Below are positions 25,165 to 36,376 of a stretch of DNA of 64,000 nucleotides, piece by piece. The position numbers were made by a program, and so were the translations under genes. Origin of the DNA: Setoptus koraiensis (lineage: Eukaryota; Animalia; Arthropoda); the NCBI GenBank assembly GCA_048013815.1, contig CM106585.1, forward strand, positions 11,036,001-11,100,000, in the 5' to 3' direction. The notes beneath the pieces were generated by a model. The model saw only the letters and a program-made list of their open reading frames with translations, was not told the DNA's origin and did no database searches. How positions within the stretch are numbered: the first letter of the stretch is position 1; the number at the start of each line of letters is the position of its first letter.

Positions 25165-25845
25165 TCAGCATATACCTGGAAACCATGCTGGCATAGGGAC
25201 ATTATGGTTTTGGCTTCTGTTAATCGTATCCAAAATGATCGATTTCGCTCTGCCGGTTGCTTCTTGATTCTTTGCTCTTACTAGTTGGAGAGCTTCTTTG
25301 ACAAACATTTCCCTCAGTCTGGCGTTTCTGTTGTTGTGTTCTAAAAACAATTTGACACTCGGTGGACACTTGTAGTTTCTGTTTGTTTGCTCACTCAGTT
25401 CCACGATTGTCGTGATCATCTTATCCCAATCAAGAATTGCTGATTCACTATTGATACCTGATTTCTCGAGTTGAGCAACGGATCGCATTAGACTGGCACA
25501 ATGTTTCATCTGCTCAGATTCGTCCATTTGTTTGGTTAAGAAAACTTCGTAATGCACAGGGAGTTCTTCCGGCGCATTAGCAAGCTTTTGTTTCAATTGA
25601 TCGACTAAGTCTAAATATCTATCATACTGGATCTCTTCTTTCGACATTAATACCTTGCTTTGTTCTATTTGTTCTGTTAGATCATTTAAATCGGATACGA
25701 ACTTGAATGCATCAGCTCTCGAAGACTGGATTAATTCCTTTATAGATGCTATAATCTGCTCGTCTATTTCTAATGATTTCACCAGAACAGCATCTATCGC
25801 GAGAAAATATATGAAAAAGATGAAACAGGCCATATTCGGATGCAT
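25165..25845 (-). CDS. Secreted helical orphan protein, family 2 (226 aa), candidate effector
   Basis: Intronless ORF with a signal peptide (MACFIFFIYFLAIDAVLVKS). Degenerate copies at 36250-36376 and 40881-41110. Confidence 0.8.
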   Translation of the reverse strand: MHPNMACFIFFIYFLAIDAVLVKSLEIDEQIIASIKELIQSSRADAFKFVSDLNDLTEQIEQSKVLMSKEEIQYDRYLDLVDQLKQKLANAPEELPVHYEVFLTKQMDESEQMKHCASLMRSVAQLEKSGINSESAILDWDKMITTIVELSEQTNRNYKCPPSVKLFLEHNNRNARLREMFVKEALQLVRAKNQEATGRAKSIILDTINRSQNHNVPMPAWFPGIC

Positions 25846-26674
25846 ATCTTTTATATTAAATGCTGGGATCTATCAATTATCTTTATGCCATAGATCAATC
25901 ATCAATCAACGATGGGAAGATTTTTTCATGAATAAGCTCAAGAAGGCTCTGGTAAATGTTATTGCAGGCCATGCCAGATGTCTATTTATAGATAGTGCTA
26001 CTGGCATGGACTTGTTCCATCTGATAAGTCAGCTCGCGAAAGTGAACAACTTCGAATAACTCGACAAAATATCGACGCTTACTTATATTGTACTGTCGAC
26101 AATTCGAAATATCGACAGTATCGACAGTCGATATTTTTGCTGCTGTTTCCATGGCAGACCATCAGGTTGAAGTGATCGAGCTACGTCTGGATATTCCCTC
26201 TTCCAGCTTTGCGACAGTTCTGGTGGCGTTATGGGCGCCTTGTTGGCGCGTCATTGAGACGCTGGAATGTGTGCCGGAAGTACAAGATCGCTCGCTGAAA
26301 TAGTGCTTGCTTGTTAGCCAGTAGAGAAATCAAACCAGACTATCGCACCTATATAAAATTCTTTTGAAATGCGCGTCACTGAAAACATAGTTCGAAATAA
26401 ACCAATTCAGGGTTAGGCAAACGTCAAATCCCGGACAGAAAGCAAAAACATTTTATTTCTAGCAAACAACTCTGAAATGTTTCATGCGACAATTTCCCAT
26501 CCCTTCATGTAGAACTGATGAAAAAACTGTCTTGCGACATCCCACAGCATATTCGCATTTCAAAATATTTTACTCCTCTCTCTTTATCTCCTACTCATCG
26601 AGTACCGTCCCATTCTCTACAAGTTCTTGCAAAAGCTTGTATTTTTATATCAGCACTATTTTCGACCAATCTAA

Positions 26675-27475
26675 TCAGACCTTAGTTTCAATATCGCCGT
26701 CTGCTCTCAATTCGCTTGAATCTTCAGGCAATGGGTAATCTTTTGTGGGATAAGGGTATTCTTTCAGTATTTTTTCAGTATCGCCTACAATGTCCAATTT
26801 GAGATGGCTTAGATCTTCATCCACTTCGTCCCTCACGGCATTCAAGTACTCACATATCATAGCGGCCTTATACAGCATCGCAATTGGTTGATCTGTATAA
26901 ATAACCTGCTTGTTGAATTCGTCATCATCGACTTGTTCCGCTAACTTGATTCGGAGAAGATCATTGATGGCACCTTCGAAATGTCCCTTACTTATCGAGC
27001 TGTACGGTGCACACAATGAACTCCGTTGTTCATAAAATACTTTCTTTTTGCGATCGCCGCTAGTTTCTTCTTCGGAATTGAGATTTTCACTCATAAATAC
27101 TCCAAGATTATTCACAAACTCTCTTTGAGTTGACAGATCATTTTGCTTCAAACCAGCGACAATCCTGTCCAGTCTATCTGTGTGGACCTTGTCGGATGAC
27201 GGATATCCCGTGGCTAATTGCAACACTTTCATCATTTGTCTAGGCCAATGATGGCTCATACTCTGACGTCGAGCTTCACTATCCAAGTGGAGAGCATGAT
27301 TGACACGCGACGCTACGCCTAATTCTTTCTTGTACCAATTTCCAATTTCATCATTAATCGATTTTACCTGCTTCGAAAAATTTTCATTATCACTCATCAC
27401 TGCAGCGGAGTGGCTCACAACTACCCAGCAGACCACAGCAGCAACAGTACAAATAATATTGATCGAGTTCATCAT
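26675..27475 (-). CDS. Secreted orphan protein (266 aa), candidate effector
   Basis: Intronless ORF. Signal peptide MMNSINIICTVAAVVCWVVVSHSAA; C-x52-C module near the C-terminus. Confidence 0.82.
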   Translation of the reverse strand: MMNSINIICTVAAVVCWVVVSHSAAVMSDNENFSKQVKSINDEIGNWYKKELGVASRVNHALHLDSEARRQSMSHHWPRQMMKVLQLATGYPSSDKVHTDRLDRIVAGLKQNDLSTQREFVNNLGVFMSENLNSEEETSGDRKKKVFYEQRSSLCAPYSSISKGHFEGAINDLLRIKLAEQVDDDEFNKQVIYTDQPIAMLYKAAMICEYLNAVRDEVDEDLSHLKLDIVGDTEKILKEYPYPTKDYPLPEDSSELRADGDIETKV

Positions 27476-27834
27476 TACAAATGTATAATGTACTAATCTA
27501 AGTCTAGTCTTGATTAATTTTGTATTGATTGCCTTGACAGCGAATTGTTTTTTCTGCCTTGTCTAAATGGCTATTGAGTTTTATCATTATTGAGTTTGGG
27601 TTTTTATGCGAAAATTCACAGAATTTCACAGAATTGTTGGCCTTTATCGCGTTCCAAGAGCTATTTTTGGCCGATTCGACATTTTAGCTGCCATAGATGA
27701 CTCATAGCTTCTATTTTCTTTTTCGTGGCATTCTATTTGTGGCACATCATTTTCACAAATTTCAACGATTAAACTACATTTCATTCTATGTCACATATTC
27801 GCTGAATGTTACAAACTACCACCGATCACTAACT

Positions 27835-28270
27835 GACATTCTGACAATCCACGGGATCGACAAGAAGCGACTACTGTATGAATAACTACTTTTAGCAGAA
27901 TGTCACTAAATAACCTGTTTGAGATGAATTTCAGTCCACCAGAATGAGCAAATCATCGAGAATCTCATTGGTTTTCATCAAAGATCTATGAAAGAAACCC
28001 TAGTTAGATATAGGCTAGCAGTCGAAGTAAGATATCTCATCGTGTCACTCAACGTGAGTAGTTTCATCCTACGTAGCTCTGATGATCACCTGCTATCTGC
28101 GTGATAGTTGCAACTGCAGCTCAGAATATATCCCAAAATATTGATGGATATTGAAAAACGTCATTCAGGTAAATGTCAAGCTCAGACGGACAAAGAGGCT
28201 AGAATATTCTATTTTCGAAAAACATCTCTCCGAAATGCTTTTTGTGCGGCAATTTCTCATGTTTTCGGGT
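27835..28270 (-). pseudogene. Degenerate coding-like block, diverged copy at 37619-38045
   Basis: The two copies align clearly but are well diverged. Both retain a minus-strand ELDIY(L/M)(N/D)DVFQY peptide amid stops. Parent gene not recognised. Confidence 0.4.
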
Positions 28271-28954
28271 GGCGTACGAAAGATCGACTATCATAAGCTC
28301 GACTTTTTAGAAGCTCGACTTCGTTTGCTCGAAACTTGTGAGCTCGAAATCGACTCTCAAGATGTCGACAAAATTCATATTCAGCAGCTATCGTTTGGCA
28401 AATGGATCAATGTTTTATCTTATGTTGAAGTCTCGCGCTATCATCGAGTTCTTCGATCTCTCTTTTGTTTAAACTGACAAACTGATAAATCTCTTGTTGC
28501 GCTTGGATTTTCGGAAATAAGGTATGTTTGCCTAGTTCCAACGATCGTCTGCCATCAAAGTCACAATTGCAACTGCAGCTCGAAGCATCTCGCAAAGTAT
28601 TGGAAGATTCTAACTGACTAGCTAGCCCACAATTGAAATAGGGGCACTCCAAATTGTGCTGTCGACACGGCACTAACAGCATGATGCATGCAAATCAAAA
28701 AGGTCAGCGGATACACTGTGTTTGTGTGTATATATGCAAGCTTTAGTTGACTTCAATTTTGGCCCACTGTCGCTACTTGTATTTCGCCGGATTTGCAAGT
28801 GATATCATCCGAGCACAGCAATGAATTGAGTTGGAAACTTTGAAACTTCTTACCGTCAGACCTACCTCGATACATCTTTTAAGCCAAATTCGTTTCCACC
28901 GCGAACACCGACCACAGCTTAAAATTAACTAAAAAGTGTTTGCGATGCATTTCT

Positions 28955-29110
28955 AGCTGGCTCGGGAGAGCTATGGACATCGTCGCAGGAACTTTGCTAG
29001 AGAGCAGAGTAAAATCCATCGACTCTGTGGCGAAATTCGTAGAATTTGCAAACGAGCTGAACCAATCGCCGGAACCGAAAAGCGAAGTGACAATTAAAAT
29101 ACTAAAAATT
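28955..29110 (+). pseudogene. Family-1 N-terminal fragment (frameshifted)
   Basis: ELWTSSQELC..RVKSIDSVAKFVEFANEL matches residues 22-51 of the 21662 protein, with a 2-bp frameshift. Confidence 0.8.
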
Positions 29111-29770
29111 TATAGAGGTATCCCGAATGTGGCGACTTTTGGTGATCAAGGGGCAATTTTAGCAACAGCATTTTTGTCATGAACCGTGACAATAAGTGTA
29201 GCCATAACCGTGTTTAATTATAGCGACATACAGACTGGAGCTTGCTTCTGTCAAAGTTGATTTTCATATGTTGTTGTTGCTTGAGTTGATCGTGTTTGAA
29301 CTTGAAAGGCACAGCATATGGTCTCGATAGATAGATCTCAAATTACGCCATAACATTGATGGCCGGTCAGCAAGCCAGCAGACGGGTGAGTCGCTTCATT
29401 ATTTGCATATTAGTAATGACAGATGTTTGTGTGTGTTTGTTGGCAAGCCAGCGACACGAAGAAGATTTTTGCGGCTCGAGCTGGCATTGTTTACTGCTTG
29501 TCGTCATCCGCATATCCTGTGAACGTATGCTTTCCCCGTAATGCTTGCAACTGTGGCTCAAAATAGACTAAAAAGTATTGGGAATTTCAAAAAACATTCC
29601 GAGCACAGGTAAATGTCAAACAGAAGCAAAAAAACTTCATTTTTGATGAAAAAATCTCTTTTTTCAGACAGAATAAATATTTTTAGAGTAGAAATTTCCA
29701 GCTCTGGAAACTTGTGGTCATCGAATGATAATATTGCGATGCAAAAATAGATGTAATGATCTCGACCTAG

Positions 29771-31528
29771 TATAAATAGAGATGGCGCTTGACTAGCGAT
29801 TACCAATCGTAATATTTCAAGTGTAATAATAATTAAATCAGAATTAGAACAAGTAAGACTCATTGGATCAAATAAACTACCGCTTTCAACAATTCTCAGG
29901 TACGAATTTGGACCAAGATGTCACTACAAAAAGTGTGAACGCGCGTTGCAGACGGACTGCCCTAGCATTGCAATTCCATTGGATACCCAAGAACAGAGAG
30001 AAAACTTTAAGAATATTAATCTAGCTTGCAACGTGATTGAGGGTTACACAATGAGCTCAACATTTCGGTTATTCTATCTAATAGCGCCACACTTTTTTCG
30101 GGGTATTTTTGATATTTTCGGGTAAGGTATTGTACTCTGATACCGGAATGAGTATCCAGGAAGTGCGGAAATCCCTAGTTCCCGAGATAACCGAGGTACC
30201 GCACGGGAGGCGTTTCTTGATACCCGACGACCGCTAGCGGTTTCTGGGGTATTTTTTAGGGTGTTTTCACTATTTTTGGGCAGACAAACTCATTCTCAAC
30301 CTATCTGGGTGAGAAGATATCGATAAACAGGACTAAAGTTTGGCCAGCAACAAATTTTCCGCAGATTTGAGCTTCGCTGCACTCGAACATAAGCCTGAGT
30401 GTTCTGAGAACTCGGCCTACGGCCTCGTATTCTGGAGGCCGTCACATCTCCGTCGTCGCTCCCGCGACGACTCCGTGCGACGGGAACCCTTCGGGTAGGG
30501 TTGATGAGCGCTTCGGGTATCGGGCTACGCCCTCTACCCTCCGCTCACATGACTGCAATCCATACACGAAAGTAGGTTGTGCAACACACTGTCTACTGCC
30601 GATTACTATAGCTCATTATCTCAAAAACTTGAAGTCCAACAGATATCAAAATGATTTTAACGTGGTTATCACAGTCATATTAGGCTCTATGATAAGTTTC
30701 TAAGCTGAATCTTCAAGTTTATGTAAAACCGGAACTGGAAGTTTCCCCACGTCCAGACCATTATAAGTGTTCTCAGGAGGCCCTTCGGGTCCCAGGTGTG
30801 AATTTTCATCCAATTCGGAGTGTGACGCTATCCCATAGAATACTCCGCTCCAGCCCGGACATGCCCAAAATCACGGTTTTAGGTGAATATACAAAGAACC
30901 AGAAGAGGTGGTGATCTGAAATCGGCAGCATTGTGGTCTACACGTTGATATACAGCTGTATACCGAGTTTCAAGTTTGTATCTTGAATTTTCTGTGAAAC
31001 CGGAACCGGAAGTTTCCGCACTTCCGCACCACTCAAAATATTGTCGGGGGGCCCTGTGGGCTCCATCTGTGAAGTTTCATGAAAATCGGAGTGTGGCGCT
31101 ATTAGATAGAATACCCAACATTTCCCATCGAGATGTTCAGTCGCTATGGTTTCAAGGCAGGAGACAATAACGATGCTATAGACAACAAATTGAAGAGCAG
31201 CCCAGTAGTCCAACGCTTTCTCAAAAATATCCAATATTGCAGAGGTACAGAATTGACATTAATTCCAAGGAATTTCTTTTCCAATAACAACGCGTCCGAG
31301 GAACCAGAGGCAGACAGCTCTGAAACGTCTAGGCTATTCGACAAGATTCCTCTGAGTTTATATGATGGCAGGGCGTTCGGAGATGTAGAAACAAAGAGCT
31401 TTGAATTAGCTGAGCCGTTCGAAGAAATCAGCCAAGATGTTCATTGCGAATATGAATCCCAAGACGGAGCGAAATCGTGGCTGAGTAGAGGCGTTGATGC
31501 GCTACGACAGAAATTCCGCCATGATTGA
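29771..31528 (+). pseudogene. Family-1 paralog with N-terminal deletion, split by a 1,050-bp insertion
   Basis: Promoter and 5' UTR at 29771-29876 jump to mid-gene (PLDTQEQRENF...ACNVIEGY). Removing the insertion restores an in-frame MSSTFPIEMFSRYGFKAG...IQYCRG...VHCEY. Confidence 0.85.
30067..31116. mobile_element. Non-autonomous TIR element, Merlin-like
   Basis: 26-bp TIRs GG(T/G)TATTCTATCTAATAGCGCCACAC (1 mismatch) and an 8-bp TSD AACATTTC (30059-30066, 31117-31124). A GG terminus with an 8-bp TSD fits Merlin. A degenerate second right end lies at 30820-30845. Confidence 0.8.
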
Positions 31529-31720
31529 GCAATAAAGGGCACGATGTGAAGTGCCTTAGATGATTAACCACGAAAAGATTAATTGTTATTTCCTAGTATC
31601 ACTGTGATAATGATCAATTTCGTTATTGATGCAACATGTTGTTTGAGATCTCTTACTATCAATTCCATGTCTTTTCGTCACTTTCCTTCGGGTTTTCAGT
31701 AGTCGATAAGCATCCTATTA

Positions 31721-32338
31721 ATGATATGTTTGATCTGTGTTACTAGCAGCAATACTACAATACTAGTAGCAAGTCTGGCCAAAATCAGAGAGGTGTCAGA
31801 AGCACACAATGTGCCAATTGATGTGAGAAGGTTTAAGAAATTGAGTGTCTCCATGAGAAAGATACTCAACCTGGCCACGAAGTTTATCCCGACAGTCTTC
31901 AACAAGGCTGAGAATATCATTCTGCCAGATTCGTTAAAACCAACGCCAGATTCAGAGTTGTCAATCGAAATGGCATTCAATACGCAACATAGTCAATGGA
32001 GGAATACTCTTGCGTATTGGATGTCATTTCGATTGATAACTATAACGATAATATCGTTATCCTTAGAACACACCTTCGCAATACAAAAAGGCGACATAAA
32101 AGTCTCGGCGGTAACGTCCTACCGACGAGATAACAAACCTAAGCACGCTGGTCCGTCAACCAACAATAAGGACAAAATATGCCACCACTGTCATAAAAAA
32201 GGTCACATCAAAGCAGATTGCCGGTCACTCAAAGTTAACAGTGGACCTAGCAATCAACGAAACCCGAACTATAACCGGTCAAGTACTAACCGCAGAGTTG
32301 AGCAGCTGTACGGTAATCCTCTGTTAGGGTATCTCTGA
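31721..32338 (+). pseudogene. Chimeric ORF: internally deleted copy of the 39164 gene fused to a gag-type CCHC zinc knuckle
   Basis: 31702-31742 matches the start of 39164 and about 31760-31985 matches about 39620-39845. CHHCHKKGHIKADC at 32180-32221. Confidence 0.7.
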
Positions 32339-32479
32339 TATTTCGTATGCTTTCTGGCAATGGTTGTAGTCGTTCAGTTTCGCTTCTTGTTCTGGCGCCC
32401 TGTATGCTGTCTACAAGAATATCTAGTGTCGCCTCAAATTCTTCAGGTGTAACGCGCGGTACGCGTAAGGTTGTCATTT

Positions 32480-33020
32480 GGGTTTGTTATATGTGGTAGT
32501 AGTGTCGGCTTAGCGAGCCGATGTAGTTTGTGTGGCTTGGTGGACAGCCGAGGCGGCGTGATGATTGAAACGATATGATAGATGGGGGCGATCGAGGCTA
32601 CGAGGGGTTCGGGCTACATTTATTTATTATTGTTTGACATTTATCTGTAGGCTTGTTTTCATGGATTCGTGTGGTATTGATGGATTAGGATTGTTGAATT
32701 TATAGTCGATGAGGCTATTTATTTTAAAGTCAAGGACGAAGTCGTTCGTCTCTGGGTGATTTGTTTTAGTGGATAGAGAGACAATTTTATTAATTAGAAG
32801 ATCCCTGATTCCCTCTAGTTTCGTCTTTTCGCCCAGTGTCTGTGCCTTTCTCCGTACTATGCGGTCAAGGTCTTTGTGCCACCTTGTTAGGAGTGCGCGT
32901 CGGTGTTCCGGTGTATTTTTTAGGTCTTGTGTGATGCCGAGTATCGTAGTGCAGGATTAAATGGGGACGATTTTTGTATATCTTTTTTTGTTGAATATAT
33001 ATTCGTTTTATTGATTATAT
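32480..33020 (-). mobile_element. Degenerate non-LTR retrotransposon (RLE/R2-like) RT C-terminal remnant
   Basis: Manual translation ILGITQDL...LLTRWHKDLDRIV...KTKLEGIRDLLINKI and a later RRLGCP resemble the post-RT domain-7/thumb and GGLG.P region. Contains stops. Confidence 0.4.
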
Positions 33021-33645
33021 CGATTATGTTTACAATTATGTTGCGATTGGGGGTATTCTCTTTGCTCTTTCTCTGGGTAAGTCCAAATTGGAATGGATGT
33101 TAAATCTTACGTTAATGCTTATATATATGCTCCTATTCTTACCCGCCCGGAGTCCAACGGCTACGTTGGCGCCGACGTAGCCGTTGTCTTTTTCTCATGA
33201 TTGCCATGTCTCGGTGTAATGCATTTTTGTAATGCGTTTTTGTAGTGCGTTAGCGTGGTTGTTTGTTATGCAGGCATGGCATCACATATGCATAGCAATA
33301 TGCTGGCATCACACTTGTACCTTCTTTAGTTGTCGCTGTGCGTTATTCTTTCTTGGCTTGCTTTTTTTTCTGCGCTTGTTTGAGCGTGAAATGGTTGGAG
33401 GCGGAAAAGTGGGGTGATCTAGGCACCCGGATTGATAGGCGATCTGGCATCGCCTCTATCATAGAAAAGTAATCTATACCTTACGTCGCGCAATTCTTGT
33501 TGCGTAAATTTATTCACTCTCTTTTTGCAGCCAGAAAGATTGTCGATTGGTTCCCAGGTGGCGGCAAACGCTGGGTAATTTGCCCACAGTACAGGTTACC
33601 GAGTGAGTTGCTGGCAGATGTATTGAAGTAGAGGCCGTTATGTGG

Positions 33646-34145
33646 NNNNNNNNNNNNNNNNNNNNNNNNNNNNNNNNNNNNNNNNNNNNNNNNNNNNNNN
33701 NNNNNNNNNNNNNNNNNNNNNNNNNNNNNNNNNNNNNNNNNNNNNNNNNNNNNNNNNNNNNNNNNNNNNNNNNNNNNNNNNNNNNNNNNNNNNNNNNNNN
33801 NNNNNNNNNNNNNNNNNNNNNNNNNNNNNNNNNNNNNNNNNNNNNNNNNNNNNNNNNNNNNNNNNNNNNNNNNNNNNNNNNNNNNNNNNNNNNNNNNNNN
33901 NNNNNNNNNNNNNNNNNNNNNNNNNNNNNNNNNNNNNNNNNNNNNNNNNNNNNNNNNNNNNNNNNNNNNNNNNNNNNNNNNNNNNNNNNNNNNNNNNNNN
34001 NNNNNNNNNNNNNNNNNNNNNNNNNNNNNNNNNNNNNNNNNNNNNNNNNNNNNNNNNNNNNNNNNNNNNNNNNNNNNNNNNNNNNNNNNNNNNNNNNNNN
34101 NNNNNNNNNNNNNNNNNNNNNNNNNNNNNNNNNNNNNNNNNNNNN
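33646..34145. other. Assembly gap (500 N)
   Basis: Run of N. Confidence 1.
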
Positions 34146-34520
34146 CCGGGAGATTCACCCATGGGAGCCTCCCGGGCTCTCCCGCTCCCGCGGATCTCCC
34201 GAGTCTCCCGAATGTCCCAATCCTCTCCCGAATCTCCCAAATTCTTCCCAAACCTCCCGAATTTCTCCCAAACCTCCCGTGTGCGTTTTTGACTATGGAA
34301 GCTTGCTTTCTTCTCCGCCAGGAGCGCCTCGAGCGCCAGAAAATGCTCAGCCAAGCAAAGAGTGTTTCGATAAATTTTTCAAAAACGGGACATTTGGGAG
34401 ACTCGGGAGATCCGCGGGAGCGGGAGAGCCCGGGAGGCTCCCAGGGAGAAAATCTCCCGGGAGAATTCTCCCTGGGCGGGAGAAATTTCTCCCGTGGCGG
34501 GAGATCTCCCCCCATCACTA
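34146..34520. mobile_element. hAT-type MITE, left end lost in the gap
   Basis: Internal inverted arms 34146-34218 vs 34387-34460, rich in TCCCG/CGGGA. The right end CCCATCACTA reads TAGTGATGGG on the minus strand, a hAT-like terminus. Confidence 0.65.
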
Positions 34521-35214
34521 AGCGCCGAAGCACGCTTCCCCACCGAAATGGAACAACCCGCCACGTCTAGCCCTTTGACATAAATAGAAAAGAATATGCG
34601 TTCTACCTTATTTACTCTGAATTTTTCACTTAATTTCTCTCTTTCATAGATATATGATGCGCAATCTTCTGTGATTCTGTGATCCAACACGGTAAACAGA
34701 TCGTTTTGTGGTGCTATCTAGACTTATAGCACGATGATTGCATGTTGACTTCGTTGACATTGAAACTGAAAAAGAGGAATATATTGTCCTGATCTTTTCG
34801 AATGAGTCGCATGATCGTCTCATGATTGAACTATTTTCAGGATGGACAAGAATAGCTTCGTACGAAAACCTGATTCTTGAAAATGGAACGCTTCTCCGCC
34901 GAAATGGAACAACCCGCCACGTCTAGCCCTTTGTTTAGCAAAAAGTAAAAGTATACGGCACCTCGAGTCCTCGTATGGCTTCTTTCCCATGTGCTAACAG
35001 GTCAGCATAGTGTGCCTAGCAAAGTAGCCTACTATGACCAAGACCAAGAGACCCTGACTTGCTTCATTAATTGTTCATCGATTGACGAGCGCCGCCGCTG
35101 GACAGCGCGGTAACTATGCTCACAACTTGTTGGACATAGTAATAACGCTAATAACTGCTGGCGATGCTTAATCTACAATCCTCGTCATTGCTATATGGCC
35201 ATGTTGAACCATGG

Positions 35215-35819
35215 CATGGTTCTTACCTGCAAAAGAAGTGCTGAAACAAAATTAGATCAAGCAGAACAATCAGGCGGCGAGGCTCTCAAAGATAGCTTCG
35301 ATGTTGTGGAAAATAATGAAAGTTCTCGTAAAATTGTCGCAGACCATGATTGATCGCTAGCAATTGACCAACCGGAGAACCTTCTTCTGTCGGGCTATTT
35401 ATTATCTAAACGTGCCGATATGGATGGCGACGAGAAACTTAACAATTACTTTCCTTTGGATAGCCAGGAATTGATTGATCAGGCGATCTTGCCGATTGAT
35501 CTATAGTTACGCTGATAGCTCGATCTTTCCCATTATGAGTTCAGCTTATAATGGTTTCAAGGCTAGCGATACTAACGATGTGACAGACAATAAATTAAAG
35601 AGCAGCCCAAGAGTCAGTCACTGGCTCAAAGCTGTTCAATATTGCCTAGGCGCGGAATTGGCAATACTTCATCCATGGGAGGCAATACCTAAAAGCCTGT
35701 TGTCGCCGTCGGAGCCAAAGACCTTCGATGTGACTGAGCAGATCGAAGAAATTGGTTCGGATCTTGTAAACGATTTCGCGCCGGAGGCACCGGGACCAGA
35801 GTCAGAGAGGGAAGACTAA
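35215..35819 (+). pseudogene. Family-1 paralog fragment
   Basis: TCKRSAETKLDQAE...SFDVVENNES and IRRSCRLIYSY...KLKSSPRVSHWLKAVQYCLG, with stops and frameshifts between them. The 3' UTR motif AATAAAAACAGAGT is shared with 22790. Confidence 0.85.
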
Positions 35820-35965
35820 GCACGGAATCGACTTGAATATAACGCTGCTTCCATACATATATGGACAAGCTCAATCACAAAGTCTTACGAGCAATAATAC
35901 AAAGCTTTTGTCAGTATCATATGAATAAAAACAGAGTCCTGAAAATCTATAGCATAGACAGAATG

Positions 35966-36050
35966 TACAGGGTGTCCCACGAAAGACCTGCATACTTCAT
36001 TCTTGAAAAACTTCAGATCCCCACCGTAGGGGGCGCTCAACTTTTTTTTT
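35966..36050 (+). mobile_element. Tc1/mariner-like terminus remnant (TA|CAGGGTGTCCC)
   Basis: Typical terminal motif; no partner TIR found. Confidence 0.35.
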
Positions 36051-36376
36051 CATGAGAATATCAGTCAAAGGAAATCTGTTGACAATGATTTTATCATTGC
36101 AAGTTGCACGATAGACCCATAACACGACTAAATGAAGAATTTTCGGCGTAAAAACTTTCTGAAAAACTGAACCTCTGCGCAGAATTCAGCGAAAATGTAC
36201 CTTTGCTTACGGAAATGTTTCAAAACTTTTCGTGGCGCATAATTATAGAACCTCTACCAATAAATTTACCCTTACTAGCCTTCCTGCTGTTGTGCTCGAA
36301 AAACAATTTGTCTCTCGATCGACACTTGTAGTTTCTGTTTGTTTGTGCACTCAGATCCACGATTGTCGTGATCATC

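Noticed and set aside
30495-30530. Hammerhead ribozyme or C/D-box RNA suggested by TGATGA
   Set aside because: The context is TTGATGA rather than CTGATGA, and no correctly placed GAAA core or D box is present.
33167-33180. TGGCGCC as an LTR primer-binding site
   Set aside because: It is the centre of a palindrome, with no adjacent TG...CA LTR and no extended tRNA complementarity.
33514-34533. Long ORFs spanning 33.5-34.5 kb
   Set aside because: Artefacts of the 500-N gap and the GC-rich MITE.
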